32,000 bases of DNA from Geobacter sulfurreducens PCA (GCF_000007985.2 NC_002939.5:3600001-3632000); one strand, 5' to 3'; positions 16,945 through 27,304 are shown, counted from the first letter of the stretch. Program-made: numbers and translations. Notes: generated by a model from the sequence alone, not told the origin.

Positions 16945-18210
16945 TTGGATCCGCTGAAACGCGTCGAAAACGAACTCAAAAAATGCGTCAAGTGCGGCGC
17001 CTGCCGCGCCCATTGCCCGGCCTTTGCCGCCTGGCAGCGGGAGCCGGCCGTGGCCCGAGGCAAGGTGGCCATCGCCCAGCACATCCTCAAGGGTGACATC
17101 GAGCTGGACGAGCAGACCTACGCGGTCATGTCCAAGTGCCTGCTCTGCGGCAGTTGCGTGGAAAAGTGCCCCAACGACGTGCCCACCGACGAGATCGTCG
17201 TCACCGCCCGGGAGTCCCTGGCCCGGCGCCGCGGACTCACCACCTTCCACAAGGCGGTGGGACAGGTCATTAAAAACCGCCGGCTGATGTCCTTCGGCGC
17301 TCTTGCCGCCGCAATCCTGGGGCCGCTCTTTTTCCGCAAGGTCCCCCAGACCTCGGGGCTGCGCCTCCGCTTCCCCCTTCCCTTCGTGGGCAACCGCCGC
17401 CACATCCCCCAGATCGCCCGTAAACCCTTCATGGACCGTCACCCGGAAGTTATCCAGGGAGAGCCGGGCAAACCCCGCGTCGTCTTCTATGTCGGTTGCA
17501 TGACCAACTTCGTCTACACCGAGGTGGGTGAAGCGGCCCTGGCCCTTTTCCGGCACCTGGGCTGTACCGTCATCATCCCTAAGGGGCAGGGCTGTTGCGG
17601 TCTCCCGGGCATGTCGGGCGGCGACCTGGATACGGTTCGCGGCCTTGCTGAGCAGAATCTGGCGGCCCTTGAACGGTACGAGGCCGATTACATCATGACA
17701 GCCTGCGCCACCTGCGGCGGGGCGCTCCATAAATTCTACCCCGCCCTCATCGGCAAACGGCATCCGGAACTGGCAGCGCGAATCAGGACCATTGCCGCCA
17801 AAACGGTCGACGCGGCCCAGCTCCTCCAGCAGCTCGGGCTGCATCCGGAGGAAACGGGGGCGGGCGAACGCCTGAAGATCACGTACCACGACCCCTGCCA
17901 CCTGCGGACCAGGAACATCACCCGCCAGCCCCGCGAACTGCTGAAAGGCTCTCCCGGGGTCGAACTCGCGGAGATGGAGGGTGCCGACAAATGTTGCGGA
18001 CTTGGCGGCACCTTCAATGTCTATCACTATGACACGTCCCTGAAGATCAATGAGGGAAAGAGCGCAGCCATCGAAAAGACCGGTGCCGACGCGGTCGTCA
18101 CCGGTTGTCCCGGCTGTATGATGCAACTCTCCGACGGGCTCAAGCAGCACGGTAACCGCACCCGGGTCATGCATACCCTTGAAGTGCTCGCCCGAGCGCT
18201 CAGAAAGTAA
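16945..18210 (+). CDS. glcF: Iron-sulfur oxidoreductase subunit, GlcF-like (2x[4Fe-4S] plus two CCG domains)
   Basis: 421 aa from a TTG start. No alternative start keeps the first cluster. CVKCGACRAHCP and CLLCGSCVEKCP ferredoxin motifs. Cys-rich CCG-type domains (GCMTN...GCCG; CHLR...KCCGLGG...GCPGC). Confidence 0.8.
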   Translation: MDPLKRVENELKKCVKCGACRAHCPAFAAWQREPAVARGKVAIAQHILKGDIELDEQTYAVMSKCLLCGSCVEKCPNDVPTDEIVVTARESLARRRGLTTFHKAVGQVIKNRRLMSFGALAAAILGPLFFRKVPQTSGLRLRFPLPFVGNRRHIPQIARKPFMDRHPEVIQGEPGKPRVVFYVGCMTNFVYTEVGEAALALFRHLGCTVIIPKGQGCCGLPGMSGGDLDTVRGLAEQNLAALERYEADYIMTACATCGGALHKFYPALIGKRHPELAARIRTIAAKTVDAAQLLQQLGLHPEETGAGERLKITYHDPCHLRTRNITRQPRELLKGSPGVELAEMEGADKCCGLGGTFNVYHYDTSLKINEGKSAAIEKTGADAVVTGCPGCMMQLSDGLKQHGNRTRVMHTLEVLARALRK

Positions 18211-18217
18211 CCGCTGC

Positions 18218-18247
18218 GGGGGAGCGGGACTCTCGTCCCGTTCCCCC
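18218..18247 (+). terminator. Strong GC hairpin after glcF without a U-tract (terminator or 3' stabiliser)
   Basis: 13-bp stem GGGGGAGCGGGAC / GTCCCGTTCCCCC (one G-T), loop TCTC. Followed by a C-rich, G-poor tract rather than T residues. Confidence 0.45.
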
Positions 18248-18368
18248 GTCCACGCTCCCCCGAAAAAGTCGTTCTAATTCTTACCGCGCCCCGCGGAAAC
18301 GCCCTCCCACCCCCTCTCGTTATCGCCCACCCACCGTGGACTCTTAAGCCAAGATAAAAATTCTTTTA

Positions 18369-18398
18369 TTGACATTACACGGTGAATTGAGGTATTAC
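18369..18398 (+). promoter_or_regulatory. Candidate sigma70 promoter of the XRE-cupin regulator
   Basis: TTGACA (18369-18374), 17-18 nt spacer, GTATTA/TATTAC (18392-18398). ATTACAC is repeated at 18374-18380 and 18394-18400. Confidence 0.45.
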
Positions 18399-18518
18399 AC
18401 AATCGAATAAAAACCAGTTTTATTTCTTAAAACACAACGACGCGGGAGAAGAACAGGAAGCCGGCTGCCGGCGACGCTTCCTCCCGCCGCCGGCGTTGTG
18501 AGTGTTCCGGAGAGGTGG

Positions 18519-19082
18519 ATGACCGAGTACAATATCGGGGCGAAAATCAAAAAGCTCCGTCTCGCCAAGAAGCTGACACTCCAGGCTGTGGCACGCGAGA
18601 CCGGCTTTTCCCCCGCCCTCATCTCCCAAATCGAGAACAACAACGTTTCTCCGCCCATCGCCACTCTTTCGAAGATCGCCAAGTTCTTCGATGTGAAGAT
18701 CAGTCTTTTCTTCTCTGAGGATGAGGAGGAGTATCGCTACGAAGTAGTGCGCCGGGGCGAACGCAAGGTCATTCCGCGCGTTATCTCCCGGGCCGGCACC
18801 AGCCAGGGGTACTCCTACGAATCGCTCTCCTTCCGCAAGCAAAACAAGAAGATGGAGCCGTTTCTGCTGACGGTCACCGAAAAGGCCGCAGAAGAAAACA
18901 CCTATAACCATGACGGTGAAGAGTTTCTGTTCGTCATGAAGGGAACGGCGGAGCTTCTGCTTGAGGATGAGCGCGTTATCCTTGAAGAAGGTGACTGTGT
19001 CTATTTTGACTCCTCCCTGAAGCATCGCCTCCTTTCCAGGGATGGCAGTGAAGTGCAGGTTCTCGCCGTAGTCACCCGTTGA
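18519..19082 (+). CDS. XRE-family HTH transcriptional regulator with C-terminal cupin sensor domain
   Basis: ATG 18519 after GGAGAGGTGG. MTEYNIGAKIKKLRLAKKLTLQAVARETGFSPALISQIENN is a Cro/C1-type HTH. C-terminal HDGEEFLFVMKGTAELLL...GDCVYFDS is cupin-like. 187 aa. Confidence 0.85.
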   Translation: MTEYNIGAKIKKLRLAKKLTLQAVARETGFSPALISQIENNNVSPPIATLSKIAKFFDVKISLFFSEDEEEYRYEVVRRGERKVIPRVISRAGTSQGYSYESLSFRKQNKKMEPFLLTVTEKAAEENTYNHDGEEFLFVMKGTAELLLEDERVILEEGDCVYFDSSLKHRLLSRDGSEVQVLAVVTR

Positions 19083-19107
19083 ACGGGTACCATTCGAACA
19101 AGTTCAT

Positions 19108-19139
19108 GGGGCCGGTCCGTTGCACGAGCCCCTTTTTTT
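19108..19139 (+). terminator. Weak hairpin plus T7 tract after the regulator gene
   Basis: GGGGC (19108-19112) / GCCCC (19128-19132), followed by TTTTTTT (19133-19139). The stem is short and the loop long. Confidence 0.4.
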
Positions 19140-19306
19140 GTACAACGCTCCGTATACGGCAGATGGATTCACGGGGCCCGGCCCGGAAGTGACGGAGCCC
19201 CGGTTCACTTATGTGGTTATTCATTAAGCAGAGGAGGATGTGTGAATGAAGTGTGTAGCACGGCAGTCGCATGTAGCTAAATCCACGTACCGGAAGGATT
19301 GCGGAG

Positions 19307-21031
19307 ATGTCCATGAAAGCAATTAAACCATCATTGAACAACCCCTTTGACCCGCCCGAGAAAGTGGAGTTCACCATTCCGGGAGAGATTTCACGCACGA
19401 CCGGACCCTACGAAGAGGCCATGAAAGAAGGTTACGACCTGATTCAGCGCCCCATCAAATCGGTCAGCATCGATCAGATCGAAAAGCAGCACTTCAAGAA
19501 AAGGATGACCGTCTGGGAGCGGATCAAGGTGCTTAGCGACAAGGAGCCCAACGTTCTCTACCAGAACTGGGGCAAGAACCTGGACGGCGCCTCGCTGGTG
19601 ACCGCCATTCTCAATATCGGCGGCCGTGATGTGGCGGTATACGGCCACGACTTTACCGTACGCGCCGGGTCCATCGACGCCACCAACGGCAGCAAACTGG
19701 CCCGTCTCTTCAACATGGCCGGCGAAAAGGGGATTCCCCTCATCGGCATGAACGACTCCGCAGGCGCCTTCGTTCCGGCCGGGGTCGGCGGTCTCGACGG
19801 CTATGCCGAGGCGTTCACGGCGCTGCGCAAGATCAGCGGCGTAGTCCCCTCCATCATGTGCATGTTCGGCTTCAACGCCGGCGGCGGTTCCTACCTGCCG
19901 CGGCAGGGGAGCTTCGTCATTCAGCCCGCCGACACCTTCTTCGGCCTCACCGGGCCCGGCGTCGTCAAATCGGTTCTCGGCGAGGACATCACTCCCGATG
20001 AGCTTGGCGGCCCCAAGGTCCACGGCAAATCGGGCGTAGCCGACCTGACCGTCTCCGACGAGGTAGCTGCCCTCCGGACAGCGGTCCGGCTCCTCTCCTA
20101 CATCCCTGACAACAACAGCGTGGGCGCACCGTTCCAGGAAACCAGCGATCCTCTGAACCGCAAAACCTGGGAGATCAACACCCTCCTGAAAAAGGCCTTC
20201 AACTCGCCGACCGGCTTCAACACTCCGTTCGACGTCTCCATCATCATCCAGCAAATCTGTGACCATGGTGACTACTTCGAACTGCAGCCTGAACGGGCAA
20301 AGGAAGCGGTAACGGCCTTCGGCCGCCTGGGGGGCCAAGTCGTGGGCTTCGTTGCCAACAACTCGGCCGTGGCTTCGGGTCAGATCGACTGCGACTCGGC
20401 GGTGAAAATTGCCCGCTTCGTCCGGTTCTGCAACATCTACAACATCCCCATCATCTTCATGGAAGACACCACCGGCTTCCTGCCGGGTCGCGAACAGGAA
20501 AGCCGCGGCATTGTCCAGGCCGGCCGCTCCATGCTCGACGCCATCGTCGACGTGCGCACCCCGCGAATCCTGCTGATTCTGCGCAACGCCTTCGGGGGCG
20601 CTTACGCCTCCTACAACAACTATCCCACCGGCGCCGACCTGGTGCTGGCCCTTCCCACCACCCGCCTCGCCGTCATGGGTCCTGCCGGCAAGGAATTCGT
20701 CTACAAGGACGAGATCCGCAAGATCCGCGGCGCCGTTGCCGACATGGTCAAGAAGGGGGTTGAAGAGCGCACCAAGGCTGGAATGGAGGCCGGTGCAGCC
20801 AAGAAGGATGCGGAGAAGGAAGCGGCCGAGTGGCTGAAGGGCCAGGAAGCCGCCCTGAATCAGCGGTACGAAAAAGAACTGATGAACCCGAAGGAAGGTC
20901 TGGCCCTGGGCTCCATCTCCTCCATCGTCATGCCGACCGATCTGCGCCAGGTACTCGGCGAAAACATCGCCTTCCTGATGCGGCACTACAAGCCGTCGCC
21001 CATGTGCGGCCCGCAGCGCGAATTCCACTAA
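19307..21031 (+). CDS. Acyl-CoA carboxylase carboxyltransferase subunit (propionyl-CoA carboxylase beta / GcdA-like)
   Basis: 574 aa. Two crotonase-like CT halves ([18 protein letters not shown]; NDSAGA; [11 protein letters not shown]...[10 protein letters not shown]). Charged about 70-aa C-terminal extension. The start could also be ATG 19313. Confidence 0.9.
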   Translation: MSMKAIKPSLNNPFDPPEKVEFTIPGEISRTTGPYEEAMKEGYDLIQRPIKSVSIDQIEKQHFKKRMTVWERIKVLSDKEPNVLYQNWGKNLDGASLVTAILNIGGRDVAVYGHDFTVRAGSIDATNGSKLARLFNMAGEKGIPLIGMNDSAGAFVPAGVGGLDGYAEAFTALRKISGVVPSIMCMFGFNAGGGSYLPRQGSFVIQPADTFFGLTGPGVVKSVLGEDITPDELGGPKVHGKSGVADLTVSDEVAALRTAVRLLSYIPDNNSVGAPFQETSDPLNRKTWEINTLLKKAFNSPTGFNTPFDVSIIIQQICDHGDYFELQPERAKEAVTAFGRLGGQVVGFVANNSAVASGQIDCDSAVKIARFVRFCNIYNIPIIFMEDTTGFLPGREQESRGIVQAGRSMLDAIVDVRTPRILLILRNAFGGAYASYNNYPTGADLVLALPTTRLAVMGPAGKEFVYKDEIRKIRGAVADMVKKGVEERTKAGMEAGAAKKDAEKEAAEWLKGQEAALNQRYEKELMNPKEGLALGSISSIVMPTDLRQVLGENIAFLMRHYKPSPMCGPQREFH

Positions 21032-21067
21032 TCACTATTTTCTTTATCGAATTGGAGATAGAGACCA

Positions 21068-23947
21068 ATGACCGACCTGTACAATAACAACCCCCTGATT
21101 CACCGGGACCGCCGGCTGAGTGCATCCGACTCCGAGTGGGTGCGCTCCTTTGCCTGTGAAGACCTGAAGCCGCTGATCGTCTGTCGTGGCCCCATCCGCA
21201 AGGAGGCCATGGATGTCTTCGAGGAGATGGGCATCTCCCACTACGGCATCCTCCTCTCGGAGAAGGACTCCATTGTCTACGCCAATGCCCTTGCCCCGGA
21301 ACTGCGCCAGCTGACCGATTCCAACCGCGTTCACCGGGTGCCCGACTACACCGGTGCCACCAAGGAGGAGCGGATCGAACGGATTGGCCAGATCATCCAG
21401 ATCGCCAAGGATAACGGCTACGATTCCATCTTCGCCGGCTACGGCTTCATGGCTGAGGACGAGGAGTTCGTGGCCGCCATTGAGAACGCCGGACTCTCCT
21501 TCATGGGCCCCAACTCCCGGACCCAGGCCGACGCCGGCAAAAAGGACGAGGCCAAGCGAACCGCTCTGCAGGTAGGCGTCAGCGTTACCCCCGGCATCAA
21601 CAACGTCACCGCCCGGACCCTAGTCGCGAAGCACCCGACTCGCGAAGCGCTTCTAGCCCTGGTAAAGTCCGAGGGCCTCGACGTAGACGCCAAGGTACTC
21701 AAAGACACGAAACTTTCTCTTGAAGAGCTTGCCGACGAGATCCTCTACGCCTCCTACGCCAAGGGGATCGACCTCTACTCCATCGAGGAACTCTCGGCCC
21801 AGGTGCAGGTGGAAGTGGAGAACATGTTCCGGGAATACCCCGGCAGCCGGATCCGCCTTAAGGCCATCGGCGGCGGCGGCGGCAAGGGGCAGCGGATTCT
21901 CGGCGCGTCCCTCCTCAGCGTCAAGAAACCGACCAACGCCCAGATCAAGGACGCGGCCGCCGAGGCCCCGGGACTCGTCCGGGAAGTGCTGAACGAGGTG
22001 AAGGCCAATGGCGTGGGTGACAACAAAAACGTCCTCATCGAGCTCAACATCGAGCAGACCCGCCACAACGAGATCCAACTCCTGGGCAACGGCGAATGGT
22101 GCATTTCCATGGGAGGTCGCGACTGCTCCCTTCAGATGCATGAGCAGAAACTCCTGGAAATATCCGTCACCCAGGAAGGGCTGGCAGTTGCCATCGAGAA
22201 GGCCAAAAATGCCGGACGTAAGGCCGAAGTGAAGGCCCTGGAGAGCGACCTCAAGGTCCTCAAGCGGATGGAGGAGGATGCCGCAAAATTCGGCGCTGCC
22301 GTAGGGCTCGACTCCGCCTCCACCTTTGAGTGCATCGTCGACCGGGACCGTTACTACTTCATGGAAGTGAACACCCGTATCCAAGTGGAGCACCGGGTTT
22401 CGGAGCTCTGCTATTCCCTCAAATTCACCAATCCCAAGGACAAGAACGATTTCTTCATCGTCGAGTCTCTGGTGGAGGCCATGGCTCTGCTGGTGCGCCA
22501 CAAGAAGCGGCTCCCCAAGCCGGAACGGATACCCCGGTTCGGCGCCGGCGCCGAGGCCCGCCTCAACGCCACAGACGCCTCCCTCTCTCCCCACGCCGGC
22601 GGTATGATCCGCTATTGGTCCGACCCCATAGTAGGAGAGATCCGCGATGATCAGGGAATCTGCCTGGTCAACCCCGACACCGGCATGTTCATGCGTTACA
22701 AAGTTGCCGGGGCCTACGACTCCAACATCGCCCTTCTCCTCACCAAAGGGGAGGACCGTCTCGACAGCTACCGGAAGCTTTCCGAAGTTCTGGGCAAGAC
22801 CACCCTGAGGGGCACCGACCTGGCCACCAACCTGGAGTTCCACTACGGCCTCGTCAACTGGTTCCTTGGCCAGAACGTCATGGCCAAGCCGACCACCCGC
22901 TTCGTGGTCCCTTACCTGACCCTGGTGGGGCAGTTGAAGGAAGAAGCCAACAAGCTCGATACGCTCTTCGCCTTCATCCAGATGAAGAAGGCCTATGCCA
23001 AGAAAATGGCCGAGCAGTTCCCCGACGACCCGAAGATCGCCAAAGAGATGTCCTCGATCCTCGACCGCAAGGGGACCCTCGTCACCCGCCCCATGGACCG
23101 TCTCCTGGCAGATCCCCATCTTCTCTCCGGATGGCTCTCCACCAACCGGAAGAACTTCACCATGGAAAACGGAAAGGTGGTCTGGCACGACAACCCCTTC
23201 GTGATCCTGGGTGACACCTACGAGTACCTCAACATGTCCTACGACCCGGCGGCACCGGCTGCTGACGTCATCTGGAGCCACGACAGCGACCTGCTTCAGA
23301 AGGGGCTGCGCTTCTACACCACCCTGTCCGAAAAGTTCAACCTCGGACTCCACGAGTTCGATGCCCTTTCGGCTATCCTGGCCAACGAGAAGCCCCAGGG
23401 AGGGTTCTCCGCCGGTGAGTGGCTTGACATCCAGTCAGCTCACATGGGCTTTGAGGCGGGCCTTGAACTCCTCGGCATGCTCTTCATCATCGCCGAGACC
23501 GTGAAATTCTGGGACTTCAAGGTGGAGGAAGATCTTGAGGTCACCATCCCCGACCACCTGAACGATCCGGAACTCCAGACCCGGATGAAGAAGGTGCTGG
23601 TCCCTCCCCCTGCTACCAAGGCCGACGAAATCGTTGCCATGTGCGGCGGCATGTACTACGGTCAGGAAGCGCCGGGCATGCCCCCCTTCGTCTCGGAAGG
23701 GATGCACTTCGAGAAGGGGCAGCCGCTCTACATCATCGAAGTCATGAAGATGTTCAATACGGTGCGGGCAACCTTCTCCGGTACCATTGACAAGATCATC
23801 ATGCAGGGGGCCGACGGCAGCATCGTCCAGAAAGGACAGCCCCTTTTCAAGGTAACGCCCGACGAAAAATTCGTGGAAGTGAACCCGGAAGAACTGGAGC
23901 AGATCAAGCGCGAACGGACCGCAGCCTATCTCAAGGCTGTTCTCTAG
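21068..23947 (+). CDS. Biotin carboxylase (ATP-grasp) fused to a large linker domain and C-terminal biotin carboxyl carrier domain
   Basis: 959 aa. GGGGKGQRIL glycine loop, RDCSLQMHEQK, FMEVNTRIQVEHRVSE, TNLEFHYGL. C-terminal biotinyl motif IIEVMKMFN (Lys codon 23747-23749). About 290 aa between the BC and BCCP parts has no motif I recognise. Confidence 0.9.
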   Translation: MTDLYNNNPLIHRDRRLSASDSEWVRSFACEDLKPLIVCRGPIRKEAMDVFEEMGISHYGILLSEKDSIVYANALAPELRQLTDSNRVHRVPDYTGATKEERIERIGQIIQIAKDNGYDSIFAGYGFMAEDEEFVAAIENAGLSFMGPNSRTQADAGKKDEAKRTALQVGVSVTPGINNVTARTLVAKHPTREALLALVKSEGLDVDAKVLKDTKLSLEELADEILYASYAKGIDLYSIEELSAQVQVEVENMFREYPGSRIRLKAIGGGGGKGQRILGASLLSVKKPTNAQIKDAAAEAPGLVREVLNEVKANGVGDNKNVLIELNIEQTRHNEIQLLGNGEWCISMGGRDCSLQMHEQKLLEISVTQEGLAVAIEKAKNAGRKAEVKALESDLKVLKRMEEDAAKFGAAVGLDSASTFECIVDRDRYYFMEVNTRIQVEHRVSELCYSLKFTNPKDKNDFFIVESLVEAMALLVRHKKRLPKPERIPRFGAGAEARLNATDASLSPHAGGMIRYWSDPIVGEIRDDQGICLVNPDTGMFMRYKVAGAYDSNIALLLTKGEDRLDSYRKLSEVLGKTTLRGTDLATNLEFHYGLVNWFLGQNVMAKPTTRFVVPYLTLVGQLKEEANKLDTLFAFIQMKKAYAKKMAEQFPDDPKIAKEMSSILDRKGTLVTRPMDRLLADPHLLSGWLSTNRKNFTMENGKVVWHDNPFVILGDTYEYLNMSYDPAAPAADVIWSHDSDLLQKGLRFYTTLSEKFNLGLHEFDALSAILANEKPQGGFSAGEWLDIQSAHMGFEAGLELLGMLFIIAETVKFWDFKVEEDLEVTIPDHLNDPELQTRMKKVLVPPPATKADEIVAMCGGMYYGQEAPGMPPFVSEGMHFEKGQPLYIIEVMKMFNTVRATFSGTIDKIIMQGADGSIVQKGQPLFKVTPDEKFVEVNPEELEQIKRERTAAYLKAVL

Positions 23948-24006
23948 GCGCGGGGCGGATTGATACGCAGAGGGCTCCGCTCACCCCGGAAGCCCTCATC
24001 GTAGCT

Positions 24007-24042
24007 GCCGACCCTGCCCGAAAAGGCGGGGTCGGCTTGTAT
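24007..24042 (+). other. Intercistronic GC-rich stem-loop after the BC-BCCP gene
   Basis: GCCGACCCTGCC (24007-24018) / GGCGGGGTCGGC (24025-24036), one G-T pair, loop CGAAAA. The tail TTGTAT is only a weak U-tract. Confidence 0.35.
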
Positions 24043-24147
24043 GGGGAGCAGGACGCCAGCGGCACCGCACGCCATGGAGTCCGCAGGCACGATTCTGGCG
24101 CCGCACAGCCCCGACGAATACCACTTACCGCTATTGAGGAGGATACC

Positions 24148-24783
24148 GTGAGAAAAGGGAAACTGATCGTTATCGAGGGAATCAGCGGCTCCGGCCAGCA
24201 GGTCAAGGCAGGCATCGTGGCGCTCCACAACACCCTCGTGGAGAACAAGTACGATGTCGTCGAATGCGCCAATCCAGATTCCGGGCGGGCAAAGGAACTG
24301 GGAATCACCAATCTGCTCAACTGGCCCTTCGGCAGGACTCCCCGGGCCGACTTCCTGTTCGAGAGTGCGGTCCGGACCGAAGTATTCAAGAATGTCGTTG
24401 AGCCTGCGCTGCAACAGGACAAGATAGTCCTCTGCAAACAATCGAGCGTCTCATCCCTGGCAAACGCCTGGGTCAGCGGTTACACCAAGCATTTCGATGT
24501 CCTGCGTCATATCGACAAGATTTCCAGGGGATTTCTCTTCGAGGATGAAATTTTTCCGGACCTGACCATCTTCATCGACGTGCCGGCCCAGGAAGCCTTC
24601 GAGCGGATCGAGGATGTTCTGCAGATACACCACGAGGGGGGAATCGACTACTACAACCAGATGCGCGAGTTCTATCTCAAGGAAATTTCCCGGTGGCGCG
24701 GTGTCAGAATCGACGCCTCCGCCGGCAGGCATCCTGAAATAATCAATGCCGAAATCTGGGACGTGGTCAAAAAAATCCTCTAG
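24148..24783 (+). CDS. Thymidylate-kinase-like P-loop-fold protein with degenerate catalytic motifs
   Basis: GTG 24148 lies 6 nt after GAGGAGG. VRKGKLIVIEGISGSGQQV aligns with Tmk KxIVIEGxxGAGKTT. PDLTIFIDVPAQEAFER aligns with Tmk PDLTLYLDV. The P-loop Lys-Thr is replaced by Gln-Gln and the DR(H/Y) motif by CKQ. 211 aa. Confidence 0.75.
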   Translation: MRKGKLIVIEGISGSGQQVKAGIVALHNTLVENKYDVVECANPDSGRAKELGITNLLNWPFGRTPRADFLFESAVRTEVFKNVVEPALQQDKIVLCKQSSVSSLANAWVSGYTKHFDVLRHIDKISRGFLFEDEIFPDLTIFIDVPAQEAFERIEDVLQIHHEGGIDYYNQMREFYLKEISRWRGVRIDASAGRHPEIINAEIWDVVKKIL

Positions 24784-24898
24784 GGCACGCCCATGCACCA
24801 CACCGCAGCTCTGACGCCCCGGACGGGGCGTCTCTGCGTACGGTGCTATGACTCTGCAGAGCACTCAGAGACTCCCAACGCATCAGAAGGAGATATCC

Positions 24899-26557
<1,659 letters not shown>

Positions 26558-26563
26558 GTTGTC

Positions 26564-26596
26564 TCGTCGGGACAGCTCGCCTGAGCTGTCCGACGA
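26564..26596 (+). other. Intercistronic stem-loop between mutase and epimerase
   Basis: TCGTCGGGACAGCTC (26564-26578) / GAGCTGTCCGACGA (26583-26596), one bulged G. No U-tract follows. Confidence 0.4.
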
Positions 26597-26614
26597 AGGG
26601 AAAGGACAGGATTA

Positions 26615-27019
26615 ATGCTCAGCAAAATCAACCATATCGGCATTGCCGTAACATCCCTCGACGCGGCCGTTCCTTTTTACCGCGACAATCTCGGCATGGC
26701 CTTCACGGGGACTGAAGAAGTGGCAGAACAGAAGGTGCGGGTTGCCTTCTTCCAGATCGGCGAAACCAAGATCGAGCTCCTGGAGCCCACGGCTGAAGAC
26801 AGCCCCATCGCCAAATTTCTGGAAAAAAACGGCAACGGAATTCATCATATCGCCTATGAGGTTGATGATATTGAAGCGGCAATCGCGAAACTGGTCGCGG
26901 ACGGGGCCCGGATGATCGACAGTTCGCCCCGCAACGGCGCCCACGGAGCACGCATCGCCTTTGTTCATCCGAAGAGCAGCGGCGGCGTTCTCACGGAACT
27001 ATGCCAGTCAGGACACTGA
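26615..27019 (+). CDS. mce: Methylmalonyl-CoA epimerase (VOC/glyoxalase-fold)
   Basis: 134 aa: MLSKINHIGIAVTSLDAAVPFYRDNLG...KIELLEP...GIHHIAYEVDDI...FVHPKSSGGVLTEL, typical epimerase sequence, next to the mutase. Confidence 0.88.
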   Translation: MLSKINHIGIAVTSLDAAVPFYRDNLGMAFTGTEEVAEQKVRVAFFQIGETKIELLEPTAEDSPIAKFLEKNGNGIHHIAYEVDDIEAAIAKLVADGARMIDSSPRNGAHGARIAFVHPKSSGGVLTELCQSGH

Positions 27020-27063
27020 GCCGCTGGAAGGTCTGTCGATGCAGTATGCCACTGAATTTTCAC

Positions 27064-27091
27064 TTGACTTTTGTCCTGCTTTGACTATAGT
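27064..27091 (+). promoter_or_regulatory. Strong candidate sigma70 promoter far upstream of the porin gene
   Basis: TTGACT (27064-27069), 16-nt spacer, TATAGT (27086-27091), in an AT-rich 460-bp intergenic region. It predicts a roughly 385-nt leader. Confidence 0.5.
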
Positions 27092-27304
27092 TGCGATAAT
27101 TTTAAAACGCTATTTTGTTTCGAGACAATGTCAATGAAACACGGCTGCAACATGAAACCGGAATGGGTTTCGGCTGCCCACCCATGATTACAGCTATTTT
27201 GGCGTTGACAGACAAACTCGGAATAAGCAATAGTTAATCGGCTTGAGGACCTTGATGCTAATGTATCCGGATAATCATGCGATCCTGCATAATGTAACGA
27301 GAGA

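Noticed and set aside
13275-18174. Long minus-strand ORFs 13275..14129, 14175..15416, 15877..16758, 16023..17099 and 16906..18174
   Set aside because: All lie antisense to FDP, LarA, GlcD and GlcF coding regions with strong homology. They are artefacts of GC3-rich codon usage.
19391-23353. 545-aa and 566-aa minus-strand ORFs (19391..21028, 21653..23353), antisense to the carboxylase genes
   Set aside because: Same reasoning. The sense-strand products have clear carboxyltransferase and biotin-carboxylase motifs. The antisense translations are low-complexity and motif-free.
24037-24147. Upstream extension of the Tmk-like ORF, and minus-strand ORFs 23931..24441 in the same gap
   Set aside because: The extension begins right at the intercistronic hairpin, has no SD and is not Tmk-like. 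GTG 24148 has an ideal GAGGAGG. The minus-strand ORFs overlap the Tmk-like coding region and lack any signature.
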